IMG/VR virus record: IMGVR_UViG_3300044445_000054
Reading direction: 5' to 3' (one strand)
DNA: 64,000 bases
Source: a virus
Lineage: Duplodnaviria; Heunggongvirae; Uroviricota; Caudoviricetes
The notes below the pieces were generated by a model. That model had not been told where the DNA came from, made no database searches, and worked only from the letters and a program-made list of their open reading frames with translations. A program made the translations under genes and the position numbers. Numbering within the stretch: position 1 is the stretch's first letter; every line of letters begins with the position of its first letter. Shown here one piece after another: positions 1 through 7,960 of the stretch.

Positions 1-285
1 TGGACGGCGCTGGTGTGGGCCAGCAGCTCGCGCCACAGGCGCACCTGCGCGTACACGTCCATCGGGGTCGGCGGCCGGTTGGTCTTGTAGCGAGGGTAGA
101 TGGCCTGACGGCGGGCGTTGTGCTCCTTGCCGTCCCACACCCAGATTTGCGTGCCGGGCGCGGCGGCGGACGTCGCCTCCAACCGTTGGCGCAGCGACAT
201 GGGTCGCTCGCCGGGCATCTGGTACTTCGTCTCCATCGCACGGCGCATGACGTTGTTGCCGTCGTACAGGTTGATGGTCATGATG
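1..285 (-). CDS. 5'-3' exonuclease / flap endonuclease, N-terminal part (gene continues beyond window start)
   Basis: Reverse-strand reading from about 285: MTINLYDGNNVMRRAM...IWVWDGKEHNARRQAIYPRYKTNRPPTPMDVYAQV. This matches the PolI/T7 gp6-type 5' nuclease N-domain pattern (LxDGxxL...KxxRxxxP). A GGAGG sits 7 nt upstream of the ATG. Absent from the ORF track because it is truncated at the window edge. Confidence 0.55.
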
Positions 286-354
286 GCCTCCAACGAAAAG
301 ACCCCGCCGCAGGTACGCCGCGGCGGGGTCCAGAACAGCCCGAGGGCGGCGGCC

Positions 355-1017
355 TTACTTGGCCTTGCCGATCAGCTTGAAGCCGACGACGCCCCACTCG
401 TTGTTGTTCTTGTTGCGCTGCGGCAGGCATTCGATCTCGACCTCGACCTCGTCGAGGGCGAAGCCCTTCTCGCGCACGTCCTGATAGAACGCGTTCCAGA
501 ACTTCACGCCGGTGATCGCCGGAGTGATGCCAAGGCGCTGGCCCTTCTTCGCGCCGGGGACGTCTTCGCCCAGCAGGAAGGGCACTTCGACCGTACGGTA
601 CGGACCGTCGACCTTGGTGTTGTTGGCCTGCAGACGCGCCGTCGCCTGCTGGAAGTTCTCGCCCTGCGAGGTCTTCAGGCCGTCATACGACTTGATGAAG
701 GTCGTATTGCCACCCGTGTTGGCACGGACCGACATGATGACGGCCACTTCCTTCATGTTGATGCGGCCCTTGGCCTTCTGGAAGTACGGGTTGGTGTCGA
801 TGCGGAGGCCCGCATCCTTCACCGAAAGGTACGCATCGACGACCATGCCGGAACTGTCGGCGAGATCATCAAGGGTCAGGGCGGCGGGTGCCGTGGTCTG
901 CGTGAGGGCCGTACCGGCGACCTGCGTCGAAGGCAGGTTCGAGGTGGCGTCCGCAGCTGCGGCGGCCTGGTCCATCACGGAGTCGAGAGCAGAGGTCATG
1001 TAAAAGTTCCAGTTCAT
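355..1017 (-). CDS. hypothetical early protein (220 aa), possibly a nucleic-acid-binding protein
   Basis: Complete ORF with protein-like composition, directly upstream of and co-oriented with the exonuclease gene. An operator-type palindrome lies in its 5' region. No motif I can name with confidence. Confidence 0.5.
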   Translation of the reverse strand: MNWNFYMTSALDSVMDQAAAAADATSNLPSTQVAGTALTQTTAPAALTLDDLADSSGMVVDAYLSVKDAGLRIDTNPYFQKAKGRINMKEVAVIMSVRANTGGNTTFIKSYDGLKTSQGENFQQATARLQANNTKVDGPYRTVEVPFLLGEDVPGAKKGQRLGITPAITGVKFWNAFYQDVREKGFALDEVEVEIECLPQRNKNNNEWGVVGFKLIGKAK

Positions 1018-1093
1018 TATCGGTTGCGTTGAAACCCCGAGGGGTGAGGCCCTTCTACAGGCCGGATCAGATCATGCAAATCTCCATTTAGAT

Positions 1094-1109
1094 ACTACAG
1101 TGTAAGATT
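1094..1109. promoter_or_regulatory. operator-type palindrome TACTACAGTGTAAGATT (TTYTAC-AGN-GTARAA family), approximate coordinates
   Basis: ATACTACAG|TGTAAGAT, flanked by CTCCA...TGGAG. Same core as the elements at 2.1, 34.2, 40.2 and 48.6 kb. Lies in the 5' region of the 355..1017 gene. Confidence 0.4.
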
Positions 1110-1115
1110 GGAGTG

Positions 1116-1440
1116 GCCCGTTTTTGTGATCGGTGGGCCAAGCCGCCGGTGGGTCAGGCTGCGAGAGCCATGACCTCCGAGGAGTCGTTGTCGTTGGCGT
1201 TTATTCTACACCGCAAGGAAGCTCGATCCTAGTTCGCCCCCCAACAGAGCAAGCGGGCAGTTCGAGGAGAGTTTTGCACCATGCCCGCCGGGAGTCGAAC
1301 CCGTTTCGGTTGGGGTCACGATCCCCGCTGCACTCTCTGGCCGACCGTTGGCCTTTGCTGACCGCTTGCTCTGGTGGAGGCGGCGGGTACCGCCCCCGCG
1401 TCACTCCCAGCAGTCCGGCCTTGCGACCGGACGCCTGATC
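1116..1440 (-). ncRNA. ssrA: tmRNA-like gene (permuted two-piece type), boundaries approximate
   Basis: Minus-sense 1198->1154 reads GCCAACGACAACGACTCCTCGGAGGTCATGGCTCTCGCAGCCTGA = ANDNDSSEVMALAA*, a tmRNA-tag-like peptide. Upstream at about 1241 is GGGGGGCGAACUAGGAUCGAGC, resembling a tmRNA 5' end. Further upstream, at about 1399->1372, is GCGGG-GGCGGUA-CCCGC-CGCCUCC-ACCA: a T-arm-like stem, an acceptor 3' strand and an encoded ACCA. CGCCUCC pairs with GGGGGCG, giving G3-U70. Between the two pieces is an internal anticodon arm (anticodon CGU) plus a canonical GGUUCGACUCC T-arm. Confidence 0.5.
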
Positions 1441-1733
1441 TACGCCACCCGACGCAAGCGCGCAAGATGCAAGTTGTCGATTTCGCGGTAGACCACCTCG
1501 TTCCACTCCTTCACGGGACGGGCGTAGGTGATGCCGCGCTCCGCCAAGGCATAGAAGTCGGGGCCGCCGATGCGGCGATAGACCACAAGGGTCTCCAGCG
1601 GCTCGCTGGTGTGGAGGGTGTGACCCACGACCTCGTAGATGCCGCCTTTGTAATGCTGCCACACGCTGTAGAGTGGGAACTTCGATCGGGCGAGGTCGAG
1701 CAGGTTGCCCAGCTCATCAGTTGTCAGTTTCAA
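1440..1733 (-). CDS. DUF1653-like protein
   Basis: Motif FPLYSVWQHYKGGIYEVVGHTLHTSEPLETLVVYR matches the YxHYKGG signature of DUF1653. Probable TTG start overlapping the stop of the upstream gene (TTGA). Confidence 0.5.
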   Translation of the reverse strand: MKLTTDELGNLLDLARSKFPLYSVWQHYKGGIYEVVGHTLHTSEPLETLVVYRRIGGPDFYALAERGITYARPVKEWNEVVYREIDNLHLARLRRVA

Positions 1734-2107
1734 CAGAACGTCTCCTTGGCGTACTTCTCCCAGCGGGAGAACATGGTGGGGTCGGGCGGTGTCGGCTGGG
1801 CTGCACCGCCGAAGCAGATGTGCGGCGGGATGTCGTGCTCGTACGTCTCCAGCCACGAGCGGTACAGCCGCGTCGCCGTGGTTGCCATGATGCCCTCCAT
1901 CGTGCGCGTGTCCAGCTTCACCATGTAGCGATAGACCACGGTGATGAAGCCCTCATCCATGTTCACCAGTCGGTCGGCGCGGTCGATGAAGGGCATGAAC
2001 GGCATGATGAGGTACCGCGGCGGCTCACCGCCTCGCCGCTTGCGCAGGTAGGGCGGCAGCTCGGGCGGTGCGCCTGCGGTGGGCGGCTTATCGATCGTCA
2101 GGGTCAT
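1730..2107 (-). CDS. hypothetical protein (125 aa)
   Basis: Good coding composition. ATG preceded by AGGAAAG. Immediately downstream of the AT-rich conserved element. Confidence 0.55.
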   Translation of the reverse strand: MTLTIDKPPTAGAPPELPPYLRKRRGGEPPRYLIMPFMPFIDRADRLVNMDEGFITVVYRYMVKLDTRTMEGIMATTATRLYRSWLETYEHDIPPHICFGGAAQPTPPDPTMFSRWEKYAKETFC

Positions 2108-2114
2108 CAGCTTT

Positions 2115-2166
2115 CCTCTTATATATTTTTATGACTCTCATTTTTACTCTGTAGAAATGAGAGTTA
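2115..2166 (-). promoter_or_regulatory. conserved AT-rich promoter/operator element, copy 1; near-identical inverted copy at 48566..48617
   Basis: cctcttatatatttttatgactctcatttttactctgtagaaatgagagtta. This is an AT-rich island in a GC-rich genome, containing the imperfect palindrome CATTTTTAC-TCTG-TAGAAATG. In minus orientation it reads hairpin, then TCATAAAAATATATAAGAGGAAAG, then the ATG of 1730..2107. Confidence 0.5.
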
Positions 2167-2173
2167 GAAGATA

Positions 2174-3859
2174 CTAGGAGGTGAAGTCCAGCACCGGCCG
2201 GGTATGATCGACGGCGTTGGCCAGTGCGCTCTTTTCCTTCACGATCTCGTACATCCGGTCGTCGATCGAGTCCTCGTACTTGAAGAAGATGACGAACAGC
2301 GTCTTGGTGCGCGAACCGCGGCTCGCGCGCCGGTACGCCTGCAGGATGTTGACGTCCATGAAGTCGATCGACGCGAAGATGACGAGGTCGAACATCTCCC
2401 AGTTGTACCCGACCGCGGTGGTCGGACCGGATGCGACGATCACGTCCAGCTCGCCGCGCTGCGCCGCCTCGTCAATGCGGATGCGCTCGGCACCCGACAC
2501 GTTGGCGTTGATGAGCGCGACCCGCAGGTCCAGCGACTCGGCGAGCCGCTTGATGCGCTCCTGCTCGGGCTGGAGCGAGGCGAAGATGAGCGTTTTCTTG
2601 CCGCCCGACAGGTGGACCATCAGCCGCTCGTCCTTCTCCGTCCACTCCGGCATGTCCGCCAGCATGGTCTCGGGATGCGCCATGATCTGACGGGCGCGCA
2701 TCTGCGCCACGCCTGTCATGCTGCCGTCGAGGATGCGCCCGTCGGCCAGCTCCAGCAACGCGTTGTCGTGGAACTCGTCGTAGGCGGCGCGCACCTTCTC
2801 GTGCATCTCGATCGTCTCGGCGGCGAACACCACGTCCTCTTTGCCGTAGACCTCCTCGAAGGTGCGGCGGATGGAGTGCTTGGCGAGGATCGCCGTCAGC
2901 TTGGCGTGGTTCTTCCACCGGATCGGGCGGCCATAGTCGTCCATCGCAAGGACGTGCTCGAACACGAAGCCCTGACGATTGCCGTAATAGCGCGGCTCGA
3001 TGACGTGGACGGCCGGGAAGGCCGTATCCAGCCGCCCGTTGATGAGCGTGCCCGTCATGCCGACGAAGCGGTGGACGCGGCGGTTGACCTCGAAGAACGA
3101 GGCCGTCAGCTTGGAGTCCAGTCCGCCGTACGCCATGTGCAGCTCGTCGACGAGCAGCAGGTCGATATCGGGGAAGGCGGCGAGCACGCGCTCCCAGTGC
3201 GCCGACATGAAAGCGAACGTGCAGATGACAGCCTTGACGCCGTCGGCCGCCGCGGACGCGATCAGGTCTTTGAACAGCTCGGGGTCGTTGCGGGTGGCCT
3301 TCTGCGCAAGCCCGTCAGGGCCACAGACAGGCTCAACAGCCAGCCAACCCTCGGGGATGGCCTCGTACTGCCCCTTGCCGTTCAGCGTGGCCCAGTGGCC
3401 GTCCTCGTGACGATAGCAGAACTTGAGCGGGCCGAGGCCGCGGGCCTTCGCCGCGTCCGCCAGCTCGAATGTCGTGGTCTCGGTCGTCGTACCCGGCAGG
3501 CGCACGCGGTAGCCGCTGCGCTTGCGGTCGGCGGCGATCGTCGGCCCCGTCCAGTTCGCCGTCAGCGCGGCGCGGTCGGTGCGCAGGATCGCCACGTCGT
3601 CGCCGGGCGTGTACTTCTTGTCGTTCGACACCTTGAACTCGGTAAACCGGACCAATTCCCGGAGGTTCTTCTTCAGCAGCGACTTGGGCATCGACCACAG
3701 GGTCTTCTTCTGCCCACGTGCCCACATCATGTACGAGTAGACGCAGCAGGGCGGGGTCTTGCCGGTGCCTGGATCCGAAAGGTCGAGGCACTTGGGGTTC
3801 TTGATATAGAACGCCAATTGCTGAATCTGTTTTTCCCGCAGCTGTGGAATGTCAGTCAC
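2174..3859 (-). CDS. SNF2/DEAD-like superfamily-2 DNA helicase
   Basis: Walker A DPGTGKT, DELH box (LLLVDELHMAYGG), C-terminal helicase domain. GTG start preceded by AGGGAGA. Confidence 0.85.
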   Translation of the reverse strand: MTDIPQLREKQIQQLAFYIKNPKCLDLSDPGTGKTPPCCVYSYMMWARGQKKTLWSMPKSLLKKNLRELVRFTEFKVSNDKKYTPGDDVAILRTDRAALTANWTGPTIAADRKRSGYRVRLPGTTTETTTFELADAAKARGLGPLKFCYRHEDGHWATLNGKGQYEAIPEGWLAVEPVCGPDGLAQKATRNDPELFKDLIASAAADGVKAVICTFAFMSAHWERVLAAFPDIDLLLVDELHMAYGGLDSKLTASFFEVNRRVHRFVGMTGTLINGRLDTAFPAVHVIEPRYYGNRQGFVFEHVLAMDDYGRPIRWKNHAKLTAILAKHSIRRTFEEVYGKEDVVFAAETIEMHEKVRAAYDEFHDNALLELADGRILDGSMTGVAQMRARQIMAHPETMLADMPEWTEKDERLMVHLSGGKKTLIFASLQPEQERIKRLAESLDLRVALINANVSGAERIRIDEAAQRGELDVIVASGPTTAVGYNWEMFDLVIFASIDFMDVNILQAYRRASRGSRTKTLFVIFFKYEDSIDDRMYEIVKEKSALANAVDHTRPVLDFTS

Positions 3860-4028
3860 GTCGGCATCTCCCTGTCGGTGTCATGAGCGCGTTCAGGCAT
3901 TCTTCCTTGGCCTCGGCGTGCCACGCGCGGGCGGCCTGCTGCGGCGTGTTGTAGAAGGCAAGGACGCGCAGCTCGATCGAGGCGTAGTCCGCCTCTAGGA
4001 AATCTCCGGGGCATCGTTCATCAGGCAT
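3852..4028 (-). CDS. small hypothetical protein (~58 aa), not in the ORF track
   Basis: MPDERCPGDFLEADYASIELRVLAFYNTPQQAARAWHAEAKEECLNALMTPTGRCRRD. Strong SD GCAGGAGGATATT before the ATG. Its stop overlaps the helicase GTG start (coupling). Start coordinate approximate. Confidence 0.4.
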   Translation of the reverse strand: MPDERCPGDFLEADYASIELRVLAFYNTPQQAARAWHAEAKEECLNALMTPTGRCRRD

Positions 4029-4131
4029 AATATCCTCCTGCGCACACGCGGCGCACGTGACTGGCTGAGCAGATGTTGCAGGTGGCGACGGTCGAAGGGG
4101 CCGACAAGCGCCGACCCCTTCATTATATCCG

Positions 4132-5010
4132 TCAGGGTCGGCCTAGCGTGGACAACATCGGAAAGTTGTCTCGCATCCGCCGTTCGTTCTCCTCGATATG
4201 CTCGTGCATCATCCGAGCTACCATCGGGACTTCGTCGTGATGGACTGTCACCTTGAAGTTGTCCGTCGAGTTCGGGTGAGGCTTGACGATCGAGAGCGCC
4301 AGCTCCTTGGCTATGCGTTCGGCCAGCCGCTTCGGGTAGACAAACTCGCCGCCCCGCTTGCGCAGTAGCTCGCTCAGATCGGTGGCTTCCAAAGGCTTGC
4401 GTGTCATCAGCGTTATTGGGCCACCCACGTTCATCGTCCGAGATGTGCCATGATCGAACACCAGCGGCTGACCCGGCGTCGTCGCCCTGCTCCCAAGGTT
4501 CAGTTTCCAAGACGGGTACTTCTCCTTGAGGCGCGACCACCGTTCCAAGGAACGGACGAACTCGCTGTCGTTCACGACAGGCACGAGCCGGAAGACCTGC
4601 GCCCGCTTGTCGAGGTGGTAGTCCCGCGTGCGCAGGATGCGCTTGCCGTCGAACTCGATCTGGCAAATGCCGAAGTCGAACTCCTTGAGCGCATACGGCA
4701 TCACGATGATGTTGATCGGCGGACAGCCGGGGAACTTGGTCTCCAGCGACATCGAAATACGCTCGCCGTTGTAGGTCTTGTCGCTGACCACGTCGATGTC
4801 CTGCCAGCCGTCGGCAGCCATCGCCCTCCGAACACGGCGACCGTGCTCGACGTCAGTCGACTCGCACGGCACGAAGATGTCGATGTCCTTGACCTTCACG
4901 CCCTGCTCCCGGTCGCGGAGACAGCCACCGGCCATCACCGCATCGGGGTAGAGCACCTGCACCGAGGCGAGCGCGCTGCGCCACGCCTTCGGGATGTCCG
5001 CGACTTCCAT
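4132..5010 (-). CDS. CCA-adding enzyme / poly(A) polymerase-family nucleotidyltransferase (head domain)
   Basis: AGGCLRDREQGVKVKDIDIFVP matches the GGxVRD...DxDh signature of the tRNA nucleotidyltransferase family. AAGGGG SD. Confidence 0.6.
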   Translation of the reverse strand: MEVADIPKAWRSALASVQVLYPDAVMAGGCLRDREQGVKVKDIDIFVPCESTDVEHGRRVRRAMAADGWQDIDVVSDKTYNGERISMSLETKFPGCPPINIIVMPYALKEFDFGICQIEFDGKRILRTRDYHLDKRAQVFRLVPVVNDSEFVRSLERWSRLKEKYPSWKLNLGSRATTPGQPLVFDHGTSRTMNVGGPITLMTRKPLEATDLSELLRKRGGEFVYPKRLAERIAKELALSIVKPHPNSTDNFKVTVHHDEVPMVARMMHEHIEENERRMRDNFPMLSTLGRP

Positions 5011-5030
5011 GTCATTTCCCCTTCAGGAGA

Positions 5031-5696
5031 TTATCGAGCGATTGATGCGACGCCCGCAAGACCCGGTACTGGACCGAGTCCATCCGGCTGACGATCGAGG
5101 CCGGGAGCGGCGGGCGGGGCGGCGGTGCTGGGGCGGGTGTCATCGGCTTTCTCCAATCGGTGCTGAACGAGCTGGCCCTGACCCCATGCGAGGGAAGCCA
5201 GCGCGCGGTCATATAGGCGACGGTCGCCCTTGTTCATGACCTCCAAGACCAACTCCTTCTCGCGCAGGTAGGTCCGTGCGAAGCCGGGGTCGTTGGCCGC
5301 AATCGACGACGTGTTGTCGATCAAGTCGGCCAGCTTGATGTCCTGCGCCTGCGCGCTGATCGTCGCCAGCCGCTCGCGCTCCAGCTGCTTGCGCGCCGCC
5401 CGGTTGCCCTGCGAGGGCAGGACGAACTGGTCGGTCAGGTCGAAGACCATCGCGGCCACCGCGCTGCCGAAGCGGCGCTCGATCGTCTCGATCGAGACAG
5501 GCGTGTCTTCGACCACGTCGTGGAGGACGGCGGCGACCAGCTGGTCTTCGGTCACGATCGAGGCCGTTTCGTGGAGGATCGTCATCACCCGCAGCGGGTG
5601 AACGATGTAGGGCAGGCCGTCATACTTGCGCACCTGCCCGCCGTGCGCCACCGCGGCGAACGCGATGGCTTGGTCCAGTTGTTTCCAGCTCGTCAC
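5031..5696 (-). CDS. HD-domain (p)ppGpp hydrolase-like protein (SpoT/small-alarmone-hydrolase type)
   Basis: AHGGQVRKYDGLPYIVHPLRVMTILHE...AAVLHDVVEDT is nearly the SpoT N-terminal HD consensus. GTG start in GTGA overlap with the upstream gene, GAGGAGA SD. The N-terminal 156 codons of the track ORF are rejected as upstream read-through. Confidence 0.65.
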   Translation of the reverse strand: MTSWKQLDQAIAFAAVAHGGQVRKYDGLPYIVHPLRVMTILHETASIVTEDQLVAAVLHDVVEDTPVSIETIERRFGSAVAAMVFDLTDQFVLPSQGNRAARKQLERERLATISAQAQDIKLADLIDNTSSIAANDPGFARTYLREKELVLEVMNKGDRRLYDRALASLAWGQGQLVQHRLEKADDTRPSTAAPPAAPGLDRQPDGLGPVPGLAGVASIAR

Positions 5697-6076
5697 AGTT
5701 CGGTCTCCTCGTATTGCAGGCCGTTCAGCACCTTGACAGGCACCTCGAACTCGACCTGCGTCGACGTGCCGCCGCGGTTCTTCGGCATGAGATCGCGGCG
5801 CGGACTGGCGAAGATCGTCAGCTTGATAGCATCCATCTTGGCCTGCGACGACAGATGGTAGCGCTTGAACTCGATGACCGTGCCCTCTTCGAGAACGAAC
5901 TCGGTCATCCGTTCCGCCGCCTTGTAGTCCCATACCACACCGGGATTGTTGATGCGCCACGCCGCGTCGCGGACGTTGGTGTTGCCGTAAGCGTTCACGC
6001 AGTCGGCGATCACGATCTTCCACGAAGCGAGCAGGCGCAGCTTCGATTTGAGCGGCGGGATGTAGAGCTGGGTCAT
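5693..6076 (-). CDS. hypothetical protein (127 aa)
   Basis: Protein-like composition. ATGA overlap with the upstream gene, GTGA overlap with the downstream gene. Confidence 0.55.
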   Translation of the reverse strand: MTQLYIPPLKSKLRLLASWKIVIADCVNAYGNTNVRDAAWRINNPGVVWDYKAAERMTEFVLEEGTVIEFKRYHLSSQAKMDAIKLTIFASPRRDLMPKNRGGTSTQVEFEVPVKVLNGLQYEETEL

Positions 6077-6360
6077 TCCATTCCCTCCACCAGCGAAACA
6101 TCAGCGCACCGCAACACGAAGTTCGAGACGGTGCGGTGATGACCGTACGCCGCCGTGCCGCCATACTTCTTCATGGTCAGCTCCGGCGTCTCGCCCATCA
6201 GGATGGTGACCTGCACGGCCTCGTCGTCGGTCGCCGCTTGGTTGACCCGCGTCTTGTCGACGCGGAACACCGTGCCCTTCTGCATGCTCTGGCCGTAGCG
6301 GCAGTCGATGTCCTGCTCGGCGCGGAAGCGGTCACGGCGGTTGGGGATCAACAGTTTCAT
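6073..6360 (-). CDS. hypothetical protein (95 aa)
   Basis: Internal ATG (MKLLIPNRRDR) gives ATGA coupling with the upstream gene's stop. Confidence 0.45.
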   Translation of the reverse strand: MKLLIPNRRDRFRAEQDIDCRYGQSMQKGTVFRVDKTRVNQAATDDEAVQVTILMGETPELTMKKYGGTAAYGHHRTVSNFVLRCADVSLVEGME

Positions 6361-6908
6361 GGGCGCAGCTCCTGATAGCGGCGAATGAAGTTCGCCTTGG
6401 CCTGTCGGGGCGTCCACGACGTCAGGTCGACGCCGGGCATGTCCTTGAGGTGTTCATATTCGATGCCGTCGAGCACCGCCCACTTCTCTTTCAGCTCCTT
6501 GACGTACGTCGCCTCAAGCCCGAGCATCTGGGCGTCGGCGAGCTTGACCTCGGGGGCGAGCGGGTAGGTGAAGCCGAACCGGCGCGACATGGCCGACTCG
6601 ATCTTCACTTCCAGTTCCTTGAAGATCGGCAGCGCCGTCTTCAGGGGCGTCGGCAGGTCGTTGGTGAATGCCTCGGCCGTGTCGTGCATCAGCGCATCGA
6701 AAGCAAACGCCGGTGACACAATGTACGAGCAGTTCACGACGTGCTGTGCCACCGAATAGAACCTCGGCAGATGGCCGGCGAAGCGGCAGATGTTCGACAG
6801 CGGTGTGGCGATGTCGTCGATCGTCAGCGGGCATTCGTCAGGGTTGAGGTAGTCGAAATACGACCCGCTCAACATAGAAATGCCTGCGGTCAACGGAATA
6901 GCGTTCAT
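6357..6908 (-). CDS. HD-domain phosphohydrolase (YfbR-like 5'-deoxynucleotidase type)
   Basis: RFAGHLPRFYSVAQHV...ALMHDTAEAFTNDLPTPLK fits the H...HD...D metal-binding pattern. Confidence 0.6.
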   Translation of the reverse strand: MNAIPLTAGISMLSGSYFDYLNPDECPLTIDDIATPLSNICRFAGHLPRFYSVAQHVVNCSYIVSPAFAFDALMHDTAEAFTNDLPTPLKTALPIFKELEVKIESAMSRRFGFTYPLAPEVKLADAQMLGLEATYVKELKEKWAVLDGIEYEHLKDMPGVDLTSWTPRQAKANFIRRYQELRP

Positions 6909-7537
6909 GCCTGTTGCTCCTTGCGTGCTTGGTTCTCAGCCCACTTGCCCTGCTCGTCGTAGTCGAACGTTTTCTTGAACAGCGTGCCCGACGGGCCGTG
7001 GCGCATCACGATGCCCTCGGGGTCCATGAAGCCGGGCGCAAAGCGCGAGCCGTTGGCCTTGAGGTCGTCCATGATCCGCGCGAACTCCGCGCCCGGCTCG
7101 CCCATGTAGCCCTCCGCCAGCACCGGCACGACAGTAACGCGGTCCGGCAGGTCAGCACCTGTCCAGCGCGCCGTGTTGAACAGCGCGAACCGCTTATCTG
7201 GCAGGCCGTACTGGCGCTTGTTGATGCCCTTGCCGACCCACTCACCGTAGTGACGGCCCTCGCCGAGCATGGCGATGAGAGCCTTTTGGCTTTGATGCAC
7301 GAACTGAGCGAAGCCCGCGTTGTCCTTGTCCAAGGACAGCAGGTTGTTCCGGGACTGCGCGAAGATGCCGAGGCCACTCTCGCGGTCGTAGCCAAGGCGA
7401 TGTCGCTGCTGTTCTTCAGTGCCACGCTCGGTTGTCGGCGCGATCAACACGCAGGCGTTGGTGCCGTCGAGCTTCTCGGTGATCGCCCAGCCGTGGCTGA
7501 ACCGGGTGAGGCTTGCGAACTTCTCGAACATAATCAT
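6905..7537 (-). CDS. RNA ligase (Rnl2-like nucleotidyltransferase domain, PF09414-type)
   Basis: WAITEKLDGTNACVL matches motif I KxDGTN of Rnl2-type ligases. ~210 aa, typical of phage stand-alone RNA-ligase domains. ATG preceded by GGAGAA. Confidence 0.55.
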   Translation of the reverse strand: MIMFEKFASLTRFSHGWAITEKLDGTNACVLIAPTTERGTEEQQRHRLGYDRESGLGIFAQSRNNLLSLDKDNAGFAQFVHQSQKALIAMLGEGRHYGEWVGKGINKRQYGLPDKRFALFNTARWTGADLPDRVTVVPVLAEGYMGEPGAEFARIMDDLKANGSRFAPGFMDPEGIVMRHGPSGTLFKKTFDYDEQGKWAENQARKEQQA

Positions 7538-7578
7538 TCTCCATTGGAAGGTGGGCCGCCCGAAGGCGGCCCGGTAGG

Positions 7579-7884
7579 TCAGCTGGCGAACAGGAGCGCC
7601 GCGATGACGAGGATCACGGCGATGCTGCCGATGACCCACATCTTGAGCTTGCGGTTCGGCTCGAAGTCGCCCTCGCTCAGGTCGAAGATTTGGTACCAGA
7701 CGTAGTCGCTGGGGATCATCGACTGGCTCGGGTTGTCGTTGCTCAACACGCCGACGAACGGCTTGCCCGAAGGATTGAGGCTGAACCCGGTGCCGACATT
7801 GTCGTCGGCGTAGGCGGTGTAGACGAAAGGCTCGGTCGGCTCGGGAGTGAAGCCACCGGGACGGTCAACAGGGGTATCACGCAT
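7579..7884 (-). CDS. small membrane protein (C-terminal TM helix)
   Basis: MRDTPVDRPGG...KMWVIGSIAVILVIAALLFAS. GGAGAA SD. Confidence 0.45.
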   Translation of the reverse strand: MRDTPVDRPGGFTPEPTEPFVYTAYADDNVGTGFSLNPSGKPFVGVLSNDNPSQSMIPSDYVWYQIFDLSEGDFEPNRKLKMWVIGSIAVILVIAALLFAS

Positions 7885-7960
7885 GCTCGTTCTCCTTGGG
7901 TAAAAGAAAACCCGGCCCACACATCGTGGACCGGGTTGTAGAAGTCAACAGATATATAAC

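Noticed and set aside
1287-1330. Complete tRNA gene (tRNA-Thr CGU)
   Set aside because: Only the anticodon arm, T-arm and 3' acceptor strand are present. No 5' acceptor strand or D-arm complementary to CGGGCAU. No CCA. Kept only as a tRNA 3'-half-like fragment inside the tmRNA-like locus.
5697-6164. N-terminal 156 codons of track ORF 5031..6164
   Set aside because: Overlaps the well-formed 127-aa gene in another frame. GC-noise composition. A GTG start with SD exists at 5696.
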